A DNA stretch of 64,000 nt from the human T2T-CHM13v2.0 reference genome, Homo sapiens. The notes below the pieces were generated by a model. The model was not told the DNA's origin and ran no database searches. It was given only the letters and a program-made list of their open reading frames with translations. Shown here in pieces: positions 17,686 to 37,038 of the stretch (its first letter is position 1; each line of letters begins with the position of its first letter). The position numbers and the translations under genes are program-made. The stretch is from NCBI GenBank assembly GCA_009914755.4, contig CP086569.2, forward strand, positions 52,896,001 through 52,960,000. Direction: 5' to 3'.

Positions 17686-19805
17686 ATATTTTTTAAATGA
17701 AAAAAAATTTCAAAGGTACTCTGCTTGGTACAATAATCAAATGTATAAACTGAGGAATAAAACATAACCATGAAACCTACTTATAACTGCATATGGAAAA
17801 TACAGAGGATAATTTTTTAAATAACATATTTTGAAAGCCTTAACTAGTAATTTGAAGAGTTGGCATTTGAAAGGCCTGTATGAATATACCTTCAAAGCAG
17901 CAACACAGGTTCCCCATGAGAAAAAGCAAACACAGGGAAAATAAAACCACAAAGGTTCAATCTCTTCTGACCTTTGAAAGACACAGCACAGACACTGGTC
18001 CTTAGGACGAAGAGCAGGAGACCCCTAATTCCGTCACCATGGCGATAGGGCATAAACATTGCTGGGTGAGGGCACAATCCACATTGTGAGGTCCAACTGC
18101 TGCCAGGAAGACAGGAGTGCTTTTACATAGACCGAAAGGTCATTGAAGCCTCAGAGTTTTGTTTCAAGAACTGAATCCCAAGCCCACACGTTATTAGGCT
18201 GCGCTTCTTAAAACAGGTTATGAGATGGGAAACAGGGCACCCACAAACATACGTATACATTATGTATATAATAATATACAGTATCATATATATAATATAT
18301 ATAACCTATGTATAATATTGTTTTACATCCTGCATCTTATGTTATATATATTGTATAAAATATAATAATTGATAATATATAAGTTTTATAATTATACAAT
18401 ATGACATATAGTATATATTATAATTTATGACATATATAATATATGTTATATATCATATATAGAATATATTATACGGTTAATATACGTATTAAATATAAAT
18501 TATACATTATATATATTATATATAATATATCTTTTATATATAATACCCATTATGCATAATATATATATTATGTCTATGTTATATATAGTATAAAACAACA
18601 TATAATAATATATAATTGTGTATAGAAAACGCGACATATAATATATATTATATTTTATGACATATGTAATATATATTATATATTATATAAAATACGTTGT
18701 ATGTATAATACCTATATTAAATATATATTATATGACTATGTTATTAATTACATGTCACATATGTTATATATTATATATTTTACATAGAATATACCGGTTA
18801 CATACAATATATACTATGTTACCTATAATGTATAATTGATTACATGTAAAATAAAGAATGCAATATATTATATATAATTTATAATATACAATATGTGGAA
18901 TGTGATATATATAACATATAATATATGATATATGATATACAGTGTATGATATATAACATACAATATATGATACCTAATATATATGGTATACAATATATAT
19001 TTTATGATATGTATTCTCTATGTTTTACATTCTGTTATATATAACTATTTGAAATTATATATAACTGTATAATATTTTATGTAAATATGTAATATAATAT
19101 ATATAACTATATAATATATTATAAATAACTATATATTATGTTATATATACTTTTATAACATAATTTACATAAAATATCATAATATAATATATATTATATT
19201 ATTTCATATTACATAATATATATTACATATCACCCAATATAAGTAACATACATAATATTATAATATAGAATATATTATGTTATATTAAATATCATATATA
19301 TCATGTATCATATATGCTATAATATATATTAAACAATATATAATATGTATGTTGCCTATTATGTGATATATATAACTATATATATAATTATATTATTATA
19401 CATATAACTAGATAAACATGTAATTCTACATATTTAGATTTATAATATATATAATTATATAATCATATTTAATTATTTAAATTCTATAAAAAATTATATC
19501 ATTATATAAATCATAATATATAATAATTATAATATGTACTAGAAATATATATTATATATCATATATGATATAGTACCTTTGTTATATATCATAATACATA
19601 TAAATGTGTATTATGTTATCGATAATTATATAATTTCATATATAAGATATATAATATGTATTATATATTATATATGTTATGCAATATATATAGTATATAT
19701 AAGATGACACTGGATAAATATTATATACTATGACATATAAAATATATGAGTTTATATGTTACATATAAGGCATAGCACATAACATGTAATATATATCATA
19801 TATAA

Positions 19806-20103
<298 letters not shown>

Positions 20104-22204
20104 ATATTTTTTAAATGAAAAAAAATTTCAAAGGTACTCTGCTTGGTACAATAATCAAATGTATAAACTGAGGAATAAAACATAACCATGAAACCTACTT
20201 ATAACTGCATATGGAAAATACAGAGGATAATTTTTTAAATAACATATTTTGAAAGCCTTAACTAGTAATTTGAAGAGTTGGCATTTGAAAGGCCAGTATG
20301 AATATACCTTCAAAGCAGCAACACAGGTTCCCCATGAGAAAAAGCAAACTCAGGGAAAATAAAACCACAAAGGTTCAATCTCTTCTGACCTTTGAAAGAC
20401 ACAGCACAGACAGTGGTCCTTAGGACGAAGAGCAGGAGACCCCTAATTCCGTCACCATGGCGATAGGGCATAAACACTGCTGGGTGAGGGCACAATCCAC
20501 ATTGTGAGGTCCAACTGCTGCCAGGAAGACAGGAGTGCTTTTACATAGACCGAAACGTCATTGAAGGCTCAGAGTTTTGTTTCAAGAACTGAATCCCAAG
20601 CCCACACGTTATTAGGCTGCGCTTCTTAAAACAAGTTATGAGATGGGAAAAAGGGCACCCACAAACATACGTATACATTATGTATATAATAATATACAGT
20701 ATCATATATATAATATATATAACCTATGTATAATATTGTTTTACATCCTACATCTTATGTTATATATATTGTATAAAATATAATAATTGATAATATATAA
20801 GTTTTATAATTATACAATATGACATATAGTATATATTATAATTTATGACATATATAATATATGTTATATATCATATATAGAATATATTATACGGTTAATA
20901 TACATATTAAATATAAATTATACATTATATATATTATATATAATATATCTGTTATATATAATACCCATTATGCATAATATATATATTATGTCTATATTAT
21001 ATATATAGTATAAAACCACATATAATAATATATAATTGTATATATAAAATGCGACATATAATATATATTATATTTTATAACATATGTAATATATATTATA
21101 TATTATATATAATACGTTGTATATATAATACCTATATTAAATATTTATTATATGACTATGTTATTAATTACATGTCACATGTGTTATATATTATATATTT
21201 TACATAGAATATACCGGTTACATACAATATATACTATGTTACCTATAATGTATAATTTCTTACATGTAAAATAAAGAATGCAATATATTATGTATAATTT
21301 ATAATATACAATATGTGGAATGTGATATATATAACATATAATATATGATATATGATATACAGTATATGATATATAACATACAATATATGATTCCTAATAT
21401 ATATGGTATACAATATATATTTTATGACATGTATTCTCTATGTTTTATATTCTGTTATATATAACTATTTGAAATTATATATAACTGTATAATATTTTAT
21501 ATAAATATGTAATATAATATATATAACTATATAATATATTATATATAACTATATATTATGTTATATATACTTTTATAACATAATTTGCATAAAATATCAT
21601 AATATAATATATATTATATTATTTCATATTACATAATATATATTACATATCACCCAATATAACTAACATACATAATATTATAATATAGATTATATTATGT
21701 TATATTAAATATCATATATATCATGTATCATATATTCTATAATATATATTACACATTATATAATATGTATGTTGTCTATTATGTGATATATATACCTCTA
21801 TATATAATTATATTATTATACATATAACTAGATAAACATGTAATTCTACATATTTTCATTTATAATATGAAGAATTATATAATCATATATAATTATTTAT
21901 ATTCTATAAAAAATTTTATCATTATATAAATTATAATATATAAAAATTATAATATGTACTACAAATATATATATTATATATCATATCTGATATAGTACCT
22001 TTGTTATATATCATAATACATATAAATGTGTATTATGTTATCTATAATTATATAATTTCATATATAAGATGTATAATATGTATCATATATTATATATGTT
22101 ATGTAATATATACAGTATATATAAGATGACACAGGATAAATATTATATACTATGACATATAAAATATATGAGGTTATATGTTACATATTAGGCATAGCAC
22201 ATAA

Positions 22205-22525
<321 letters not shown>

Positions 22526-24626
22526 ATATTTTTTAAATGAAAAAAAATTTCAAAGGTACTCTGCTTGGTACAATAATCAAATGTATAAACTGAGGAATAA
22601 AACATAACCATGAAACCTACTTATAACTGCATATGGAAAATACAGAGGATAATTTTTTAAATAACATATTTTGAAAGCCTTAACTAGTAATTTGAAGAGT
22701 TGGCATTTGAAAGGCCAGTATGAATATACCTTCAAAGCAGCAACACAGGTTCCCCATGAGAAAAAGCAAACTCAGGGAAAATAAAACCACAAAGGTTCAA
22801 TCTCTTCTGACCTTTGAAAGACACAGCACAGACAGTGGTCCTTAGGACGAAGAGCAGGAGACCCCTAATTCCGTCACCATGGCGATAGGGCATAAACACT
22901 GCTGGGTGAGGGCACAATCCACATTGTGAGGTCCAACTGCTGCCAGGAAGACAGGAGTGCTTTTACATAGACCGAAACGTCATTGAAGGCTCAGAGTTTT
23001 GTTTCAAGAACTGAATCCCAAGCCCACACGTTATTAGGCTGCGCTTCTTAAAACAAGTTATGAGATGGGAAAAAGGGCACCCACAAACATACGTATACAT
23101 TATGTATATAATAATATACAGTATCATATATATAATATATATAACCTATGTATAATATTGTTTTACATCCTGCATCTTATGTTATATATATTGTATAAAA
23201 TATAATAATTGATAATATATAAGTTTTATAATTATACAATATGACATATAGTATATATTATAATTTATGACATATATAATATATGTTATATATCATATAT
23301 AGAATATATTATACGGTTAATATACATATTAAATATAAATTATACATTATATATATTATATATAATATATCTGTTATATATAATACCCATTATGCATAAT
23401 ATATATATTATGTCTATATTATATATATAGTATAAAACCACATATAATAATATATAATTGTATATATAAAATGCGACATATAATATATATTATATTTTAT
23501 AACATATGTAATATATATTATATATTATATATAATACGTTGTATGTATAATACCTATATTAAATATTTATTATATGACTATGTTATTAATTACATGTCAC
23601 ATGTGTTATATATTATATATTTTACATAGAATATACCGGTTACATACAATATATACTATGTTACCTATAATGTATAATTTCTTACATGTAAAATAAAGAA
23701 TGCAATATATTATGTATAATTTATAATATACAATATGTGGAATGTGATATATATAACATATAATATATGATATATGATATACAGTATATGATATATAACA
23801 TACAATATATGATTCCTAATATATATGGTATACAATATATATTTTATGACATGTATTCTATATGTTTTATATTCTGTTATATATAACTATTTGAAATTAT
23901 ATATAACTGTATAATATTTTATGTAAATATGTAATATAATATATATAACTATATAATATATTATATATAACTATATATTATGTTATATATACTTTTATAA
24001 CATAATTTGCATAAAATATCATAATATAATATATATTATATTATTTCATATTACATAATATATATTACATATCACCCAATATAACTAACATACATAATAT
24101 TATAATATAGATTATATTATGTTATATTAAATATCATATATATCATGTATCATATATTCTATAATATATATTACACATTATATAATATGTATGTTGTCTA
24201 TTATGTGATATATATAACTCTATATATAATTATATTATTATACATATAACTAGATAAACATGTAATTCTACATATTTTCATTTATAATATGAAGAATTAT
24301 ATAATCATATATAATTATTTATATTCTATAAAAAATTTTATCATTATATAAATTATAATATATAAAAATTATAATATGTACTACAAATATATATATTATA
24401 TATCATATCTGATATAGTACCTTTGTTATATATCATAATACATATAAATGTGTATTATGTTATCTATAATTATATAATTTCATATATAAGATGTATAATA
24501 TGTATCATATATTATATATGTTATGTAATATATACAGTATATATAAGATGACACAGGATAAATATTATATACTATGACATATAAAATATATGAGGTTATA
24601 TGTTACATATTAGGCATAGCACATAA

Positions 24627-24947
<321 letters not shown>

Positions 24948-27046
24948 ATATTTTTTAAATGAAAAAAAATTTCAAAGGTACTCTGCTTGGTACAATAATC
25001 AAATGTATAAACTGAGGAATAAAACATAACCATGAAACCTACTTATAACTGCATATGGAAAATACAGAGGATAATTTTTTAAATAACATATTTTGAAAGC
25101 CTTAACTAGTAATTTGAAGAGTTGGCATTTGAAAGGCCAGTATGAATATACCTTCAAAGCAGCAACACAGGTTCCCCATGAGAAAAAGCAAACTCAGGGA
25201 AAATAAAACCACAAAGGTTCAATCTCTTCTGACCTTTGAAAGACACAGCACAGACAGTGGTCCTTAGGACGAAGAGCAGGAGACCCCTAATTCCGTCACC
25301 ATGGCGATAGGGCATAAACACTGCTGGGTGAGGGCACAATCCACATTGTGAGGTCCAACTGCTGCCAGGAAGACAGGAGTGCTTTTACATAGACCGAAAC
25401 GTCATTGAAGGCTCAGAGTTTTGTTTCAAGAACTGAATCCCAAGCCCACACGTTATTAGGCTGCGCTTCTTAAAACAAGTTATGAGATGGGAAAAAGGGC
25501 ACCCACAAACATACGTATACATTATGTATATAATAATATACAGTATCATATATATAATATATATAACCTATGTATAATATTGTTTTACATCCTACATCTT
25601 ATGTTATATATATTGTATAAAATATAATAATTGATAATATATAAGTTTTATAATTATACAATATGACATATAGTATATATTATAATTTATGACATATATA
25701 ATATATGTTATATATCATATATAGAATATATTATACGGTTAATATACATATTAAATATAAATTATACATTATATATATTATATATAATATATCTGTTATA
25801 TATAATACCCATTATGCATAATATATATATTATGTCTATATTATATATATAGTATAAAACCACATATAATAATATATAATTGTATATATAAAATGCGACA
25901 TATAATATATATTATATTTTATAACATATGTAATATATATTATATATTATATATAATACGTTGTATGTATAATACCTATATTAAATATTTATTATATGAC
26001 TATGTTATTAATTACATGTCACATGTGTTATATATTATATATTTTACATAGAATATACCGGTTACATACAATATATACTATGTTACCTATAATGTATAAT
26101 TTCTTACATGTAAAATAAAGAATGCAATATATTATGTATAATTTATAATATACAATATGTGGAATGTGATATATATAACATATAATATATGATATATGAT
26201 ATACAGTATATGATATATAACATACAATATATGATTCCTAATATATATGGTATACAATATATATTTTATGACATGTATTCTCTATGTTTTATATTCTGTT
26301 ATATATAACTATTTGAAATTATATATAACTGTATAATATTTTATATAAATATGTAATATAATATATAACTATATAATATATTATATATAACTATATATTA
26401 TGTTATATATACTTTTATAACATAATTTGCATAAAATATCATAATATAATATATATTATATTATTTCATATTACATAATATATATTACATATCACCCAAT
26501 ATAACTAACATACATAATATTATAATATAGATTATATTATGTTATATTAAATATCATATATATCATGTATCATATATTCTATAATATATATTACACATTA
26601 TATAATATGTATGTTGTCTATTATGTGATATATATAACTCTATATATAATTATATTATTATACATATAACTAGATAAACATGTAATTCTACATATTTTCA
26701 TTTATAATATGAAGAATTATATAATCATATATAATTATTTATATTCTATAAAAAATTTTATCATTATATAAATTATAATATATAAAAATTATAATATGTA
26801 CTACAAATATATATATTATATATCATATCTGATATAGTACCTTTGTTATATATCATAATACATATAAATGTGTATTATGTTATCTATAATTATATAATTT
26901 CATATATAAGATGTATAATATGTATCATATATTATATATGTTATGTAATATATACAGTATATATAAGATGACACAGGATAAATATTATATACTATGACAT
27001 ATAAAATATATGAGGTTATATGTTACATATTAGGCATAGCACATAA

Positions 27047-27367
<321 letters not shown>

Positions 27368-29466
27368 ATATTTTTTAAATGAAAAAAAATTTCAAAGGTA
27401 CTCTGCTTGGTACAATAATGAAATGTATAAACTGAGGAATAAAACATAACCATGAAACCTACTTATAACTGCATATGGAAAATACAGAGGATAATTTTTT
27501 AAATAACATATTTTGAAAGCCTTAACTAGTAATTTGAAGAGCTTGCATTTGAAAGGCCTGTATGAATATACCTTCAAAGCAGCAACACAGGTTCCCCATG
27601 AGAAAAAGCAAACACAGGGAAAATAAAAACACAAAGGTTCAATCTCTTCTGACCTTTGAAAGACACAGCACAGACAGTGGTCCTTAGGACGAAGAGCAGG
27701 AGACCCCTAATTCCGTCACCATGGCGATAGGGCATAAACATTGCTGGGTGAGGGCACAATCCACATTGTGAGGTCCAACTGCTGCCAGGAAGACAGGAGT
27801 GCTTTTACATAGACCGAAAGGTCATTGAAGGCTCAGAGTTTTGTTTCAAGAACTGAATCCCAAGCCCACACGTTATTAGGCTGTGCTTCTTAAAACAAGT
27901 TATGAGATGGGAAAAAGGGCACCCACAAACATACGTATACATTATGTATATAATAATATACAGTATCATATATATAATATATATAACCTATGTATAATAT
28001 TGTTTTACATCCTGCATCTTATGTTATATATATTGTATAAAATATAATAATTGATAATATATAAGTTTTATAATTATACAATATGACATATAGTATATAT
28101 TATAATTTATGACAAACATAATATATGTTATATATCATATATAGAATATATTATACGGTTAATATACGTATTAAATATAAATTATACATTATATATATTA
28201 TATATAATATATCTGTTATATATAATACCCATTATGCATAATATATATATTATGTCTATGTTATATATAGTATAAAACAACATATAATAATATATAATTG
28301 TATATATAAAATGCGACATATAATATATATTATATTTTATAACATATGTAATATATATTATATATTATATATAATACGTTGTATGTATAATACCTATATT
28401 AAATATTTATTATATGACTATGTTATTAATTACATGTCACATGTGTTATATATTATATATTTTACATAGAATATACCGGTTACATACAATATATACTATG
28501 TTACCTATAATGTATAATTTCTTACATGTAAAATAAAGAATGCAATATATTATGTATAATTTATAATATACAATATGTGGAATGTGATATATATAACATA
28601 TAATATATGATATATGATATACAGTATATGATATATAACATACAATATATGATTGCTAATATATATGGTATATAATATATATTTTATGACATGTATTCTA
28701 TATGTTTCATATTCTGTTATATATAACTATTTGAAATTATATATAACTGTATAATATTTTATGTAAATATGTAATATAATATATATAACTATATAATATA
28801 TTATATATAACTATATATTATGTTATATATACTTTTATAACATAATTTGCATAAAATATCATAATATAATATATATTATATTATTTCATATTACATAATA
28901 TATATTACATATCACCCAATATAACTAACATACATAATATTATAATATAGATTATATTATGTTATATTAAATATCATATATATCATGTATCATATATTCT
29001 ATAATATATATTACACATTATATAATATGTATGTTGTCTATTATGTGATATATATAACTCTATATATAATTATATTATTATACATATAACTAGATAAACA
29101 TGTAATTCTACATATTTTCATTTATAATATGAAGAATTATATAATCATATATAATTATTTATATTCTATAAAAAATTTTATCATTAAATAAATTATAATA
29201 TATAAAAATTATAATATGTAATACAAATATATATATTATATATCATATCTGATATAGTACCTTTGTTATATATCATAATACATATAAATGTGTATTATGT
29301 TATCTATAATTATATAATTTCATATATAAGATGTATAATATGTATCATATATTACATATGTTATGTAATATATACAGTATATATAAGATGACACAGGATA
29401 AATGTTATATACTATGACATATAAAATATATGAGGTTATATGTTACATATTAGGCATAGCACATAA

Positions 29467-29787
<321 letters not shown>

Positions 29788-31885
29788 ATATTTTTTAAAT
29801 GAAAAAAAATTTCAAAGGTACTCTGCTTGGTACAATAATCAAATGTATAAACTGAGGAATAAAACATAACCATGAAACCTACTTATAACTGCATATGGAA
29901 AATACAGAGGATAATTTTTTAAATAACATATTTTGAAAGCCTTAACTAGTAATTTGAAGAGCTGGCATTTGAAAGGCCTGTATGAATATACCTTCAAAGC
30001 AGCAACACAGGTTCCCCATGAGAAAAAGCAAACACAGGGAAAATAAAAACACAAAGGTTCAATCTCTTCTGACCTTTGAAAGACACAGCACAGACAGTGG
30101 TCCTTAGGACGAAGAGCAGGAGACCCCTAATTCCGTCACCATGGCGATAGGGCATAAACATTGCTGGGTGAGGGCACAATCCACATTGTGAGGTCCAACT
30201 GCTGCCAGGAAGACAGGAGTGCTTTTACATAGACCGAAAGGTCATTGAAGGCTCAGAGTTTTGTTTCAAGAACTGAATCCCAAGCCCACACGTTATTAGG
30301 CTGCGCTTCTTAAAACAAGTTATGAGATGGGAAAAAGGGCACCCACAAACATACGTATACATTATGTATATAATAATATACAGTATCATATATATAATAT
30401 ATATAACCTATGTATAATATTGTTTTACATCCTGCATCTTATGTTATATATATTGTATAAAATATAATAATTGATAATATATAAGTTTTATAATTATACA
30501 ATATGACATATAGTATATATTATAATTTATGACATATATAATATATGTTATATATCATATATAGAATATATTATACGGTTAATATACGTATTAAATATAA
30601 ATTATACATTATATATATTATATATAATATATCTGTTATATATAATACCCATTATGCATAATATATATATTATGTCTATGTTATATATAGTATAAAACAA
30701 CATATAATAATATATAATTGTATATATAAAATGCGACATATAATATATATTATATTTTATAACATATGTAATATATATTATATATTATATATAATACGTT
30801 GTATGTATAATACCTATATTAAATATTTATTATATGACTATGTTATTAATTACATGTCACATGTGTTATATATTATATATTTTACATAGAATATACCGGT
30901 TACATACAATATATACTATGTTACCTATAATGTATAATTTCTTACATGAAAATAAAGAATGCAATATATTATGTATAATTTATAATATACAATATGTGGA
31001 ATGTGATATATATAACATATAATATATGATATATGATATACAGTATATGATATATAACATACAATATATGATTGCTAATATATATGGTATACAATATATA
31101 TTTTATGACATGTATTCTATATGTTTTATATTCTGTTATATATAACTATTTGAAATTATATATAACTGTATAATATTTTATGTAAATATGTAATATAATA
31201 TATATAACTATATAATATATTATATATAACTATATATTATGTTATATATACTTTTATAACATAATTTGCATAAAATATCATAATATAATATATATTATAT
31301 TATTTCATATTACATAATATATATTACATATCACCCAATATAACTAACATACATAATATTATAATATAGATTATATTATGTTATATTAAATATCATATAT
31401 ATCATGTATCATATATTCTATAATATATATTACACATTATATAATATGTATGTTGTCTATTATGTGATATATATAACTCTATATATAATTATATTATTAT
31501 ACATATAACTAGATAAACATGTAATTCTACATATTTTCATTTATAATATGAAGAATTATATAATCATATATAATTATTTATATTCTATAAAAAATTTTAT
31601 CATTATATAAATTATAATATATAAAAATTATAATATGTACTACAAATATATATATTATATATCATATCTGATATAGTACCTTTGTTATATATCATAATAC
31701 ATATAAATGTGTATTATGTTATCTATAATTATATAATTTCATATATAAGATGTATAATATGTATCATATATTATATATGTTATGTAATATATACAGTATA
31801 TATAAGATGACACAGGATAAATATTATATACTATGACATATAAAATATATCAGGTTATATGTTACATATAAGGCATAGCACATAA

Positions 31886-32206
<321 letters not shown>

Positions 32207-34321
32207 ATATTTTTTAAATGAAAAAAAATTTCAAAGGTACTCTGCTTGGTACAATAATCAAATGTATAAACTGAGGAATAAAACATAACCATGAAACCTA
32301 CTTATAACTGCATATGGAAAATACAGAGGATAATTTTTTAAATAACATATTTTGAAAGCCTTAACTAGTAATTTGAAGAGCTTGCATTTGAAAGGCCTGT
32401 ATGAATATACCTTCAAAGCAGCAACACAGGTTCCCCATGAGAAAAAGCAAACACAGGGAAAATAAAAACACAAAGGTTCAATCTCTTCTGACCTTTGAAA
32501 GACACAGCACAGACAGTGGTCCTTCGGACGAAGAGCAGGAGACCCCTAATTCCGTCACCATGGCGATAGGGCATAAACATTGCTGGGTGAGGGCACAATC
32601 CACATTGTGAGGTCCAACTGCTGCCAGGAAGACAGGAGTGCTTTTACATAGACCGAAAGGTCATTGAAGGCTCAGAGTTTTGTTTCAAGAAATGAATCCC
32701 AAGCCCACACGTTATTAGGCTGCGCTTCTTAAAACAAGTTATGAGATGGGAAAAAGGGCACCCACAAACATACGTATACATTATGTATATAATAATATAC
32801 AGTATCATATATATAATATATATAACCTATGTATAATATTGTTTTACATCCTGCATCTTATGTTATATATATTGTATAAAATATAATAATTGATAATCTA
32901 TAAGTTTTATAATTATACAATATGACATATAGTATATATTATAATTTATGACATATATACTATATGTTATATATCATATATAGAATATATTATACGGTTA
33001 ATATACGTATTAAATATAAATTATACATTATATATATTATATACAATATATCTGTTATATATAATACCCATTATGCATAATATATATATTATGTCTATGT
33101 TATATATAGTATAAAACAACATATAATAATATATAATTGTATATATAAAATGCGACATATAATATATATTATATTTTATAACATATGTAATATATATTAT
33201 ATATTATATATAATACGTTGTATGTATAATACCTATATTAAATATATATTATATGACTATGTTATTAATTACATGTCACATGTGTTATATATTATATATT
33301 TTACATAGAATATACCGGTTACATACAATATATACTATGTTACCTATAATGTATAATTTATTACATGTAAAATAAAGAATGCAATATATTATGTATAATT
33401 TATAATATACAATATGTGGAATGTGATATATATAACATATAATATATGATATATGATATACAGTATATGATATATAACATACGATATATGATTCCTAATA
33501 TATATGGTATAAAATATATATTTTATGATATGTATTCTATGTGTTTTATATTCTGTTATATATAACTATTTGAAATTATATATAACTGTATAATATTTTA
33601 TGTAAATATGTAATATAATATATATAACTATATAATATATTATATATAACTATATATTATGTTATATATACTTTTATAACATAATTTACATAAAATATCA
33701 TAATATAATATATATTATATTATTTCATATTACATAATATATATTACATATCACCCAATATAACTAACATACATAATATTATAATATAGATTATATTGTG
33801 TTATATTAAATATCATATATATCATGTATCATATATTCTATAATATATATTACACATTATATAATATGTATGTTGTCTATTATGTGATATATATAACTAT
33901 ATATATAATTATATTTTTATACATATAACTAGATAAACATGTTATTCTACATATTTTCATTTATAATATGTAGAATTATATAATCATATATAATTATTTA
34001 TATTCTATAAAAAATTTTATCATTATATAAATTATAATATATAAAAATTATAATATGTACTACAAATATATATATTATATATGATATAGTACCTTTGTTA
34101 TATATCATAATACATATAAATGTGTATTATGTTATCTATAATTATATAATTTCATATATAAGATGTATAATATGTATCATATATTATATATGTTATGTAA
34201 TATATATAGTATATATAAGATGACACAGGATAAATATTATATACTATGACATATAAAATATATGAGGTTATATGTTACATATAAGGCATAGCACATAACA
34301 TGTAATATATATCATATATAA

Positions 34322-34618
34322 TTTTTTTTTAGACAGAATCTTGTCCTGTTGCACAGGGTGGGGTACAATGGCGCCATCTTTGCTCACTGCAACTTCTGCC
34401 TCACGGGTCCAAGCGATTGTCCTCCCTCAGCCTCCAGGTAGCTGGGACTACACCACACTGGGACTACACCAGCTGCCACCATGCCTAGCTAATTTTTTGG
34501 ATTTTTAGTAGTGACAGCGTTTCACTGTATTGGCCAGGATGGTCTTGATCTCTTCACCTTGTGATCCCCTTGCCTTGGCCTCCAAATTTGCTGGGATTAC
34601 AGGCCTGAGCCAAGATCC
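34322..34618 (-). mobile_element. Ancient Alu, antisense (unit 15)
   Basis: Periodic copy; 1-bp deletion (cagcctccaggtag). Confidence 0.9.
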
Positions 34619-36740
34619 ATATTTTTTAAATGAAAAAAAATTTCAAAGGTACTCTGCTTAGTACAATAATCAAATGTATAAACTGAGGAATAAAACATAA
34701 CCATGAAACCTACTTATAACTGCATATGGAAAATACAGAGGATAATTTTTTAAATAACATATTTTGAAAGCCTTAACTAGTAATTTGAAGAGTTGGCATT
34801 TGAAAGGCCAGTATGAATATACCTTCAAAGCAGCAACACAGGTTCCCCATGAGAAAAAGCAAACACAGGGAAAATAAAAACACAAAGGTTCAATCTCTTC
34901 TGACCTTTGAAAGACACAGCACAGACAGTGGTCCTTAGGACGAAGAGCAGGAGACCCCTAATTCCGTCACCATGGCGATAGGGCATAAACATTGCTGGGT
35001 GAGGGCACAATCCACATTGTGAGGTCCAACTGCTGCCAGGAAGACAGGAGTGCTTTTACATAGACCGAAAGGTCATTGAAGGCTCAGAGTTTTGTTTCAA
35101 GAACTGAATCCCAAGCCCACACGTTATTAGGCTGCGCTTCTTAAAACAAGTTATGAGATGGGAAAAAGGGCACCCACAAACATACGTATACATTATGTAT
35201 ATAATAATATACAGTATCATATATATAATATATATAACCTATGTATAACATTGTTTTACATCCTGCATCTTACGTTATATATATTGTATAAAATATAATA
35301 ATTGATAATATATAAGTTTTATAATTATACAATATGACATATAGTATATATTGTAATTTATGACATATATAATATATGTTATATATCATATATAGAATAT
35401 ATTATACGGTTAATATACGTATTAAATATAAATTATACATTATATATATTATATATAATATATCTGTTATATATAATACCCATTATGCATAATATATATA
35501 TTATGTCTATGTTATATATAGTATAAAACAACATATAATAATATATAATTGTATATATAAAATGCGACATATAATATATATTATATTTTATAACATATGT
35601 AATATATATTATATATTATATATAATACGTTGTATGTATAATACCTATATTAAATATATATTATATGACTATGTTATTAATTACATGTCACATGTGTTAT
35701 ATATTATATATTTTACATAGAATATACCGGTTACATACAATATATACTATGTTACCTATAATGTATAATTTATTACATGTAAAATAAAGAATGCAATATA
35801 TTATGTATAATTTATAATATACCATATGTGGAATGTGATATATATAAGATATAATATATGATATATGATATACAGTATATGATATATAACATACAATATA
35901 TGATTCCTAATATATATGGTATACAATATATATTTTATGATATGTATTCTATGTGTTTTATATTCTGTTATATATAACTATTTGAAATTATATATAACTG
36001 TATAATATTTTATGTAAATATGTAATATAATATATATAACTATATAATATATTATATATAACTATATATTATGTTATATATACTTTTATAACATAATTTA
36101 CATAAAATATCATAATATAATATATAATATATTATTTCATATTACATAATATATATTACATATCACCCAATATAACTAACATACATAATATTATAATATA
36201 GATTATATTGTGTTATATTAAATATCATATATATCATGTATCATATATTCTATAATATATATTACACATTATATAATATGTATGTTGTCTATTATGTGAT
36301 ATATATAACTATATATATAATTATATTTTTATACATATAACTAGATAAACATGTAATTCTACATATTTTCATTTATAATATGTAGAATTATATAATCATA
36401 TATAATTATTTATATTCTATAAAAAATTTTATCATTATATAAATTATAATATATAAAAATTATAATATGTACTACAAATATATATATTATATATCATATA
36501 TGATATAGTACCTTTGTTATATATCATAATACATATAAATTTGTATTATGTTATCTATAATTATATAATTTCATATATAAGATGTATAATATGTGTCATA
36601 TATTATATATGTTATGTAATATATATAGTATATATAAGATGACACAGGATAAATATTATATACTATGACATATAAAATATATGAGGTTATATGTTACATA
36701 TAAGGCATAGCACATAACATGTAATATATATCATATATAA

Positions 36741-37038
36741 TTTTTTTTTAGACAGAATCTTGTCCTGTTGCACAGGGTGGGGTACAATGGCGCCATCTTT
36801 GCTCACTGCAACTTCTCCCTCACGGGTCCAAGCGATTGTCCTCCCTCAGCCTCCCAGGTAGCTGGGACTACACCACACTGGGACTACACCAGCTGCCACC
36901 ATGCCTAGCTAATTTTTTGGATTTTTAGTAGTGACAGCATTTCACTGTATTGGCCAGGATGGTCTTGATCTCTTCACCTTGTGATCTCCTTGCCTTGGCC
37001 TCCAAATTTGCTGGGATTACAGGCCTGAGCCAAGATCC
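36741..37038 (-). mobile_element. Ancient Alu, antisense (unit 16)
   Basis: Periodic copy. Confidence 0.9.
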
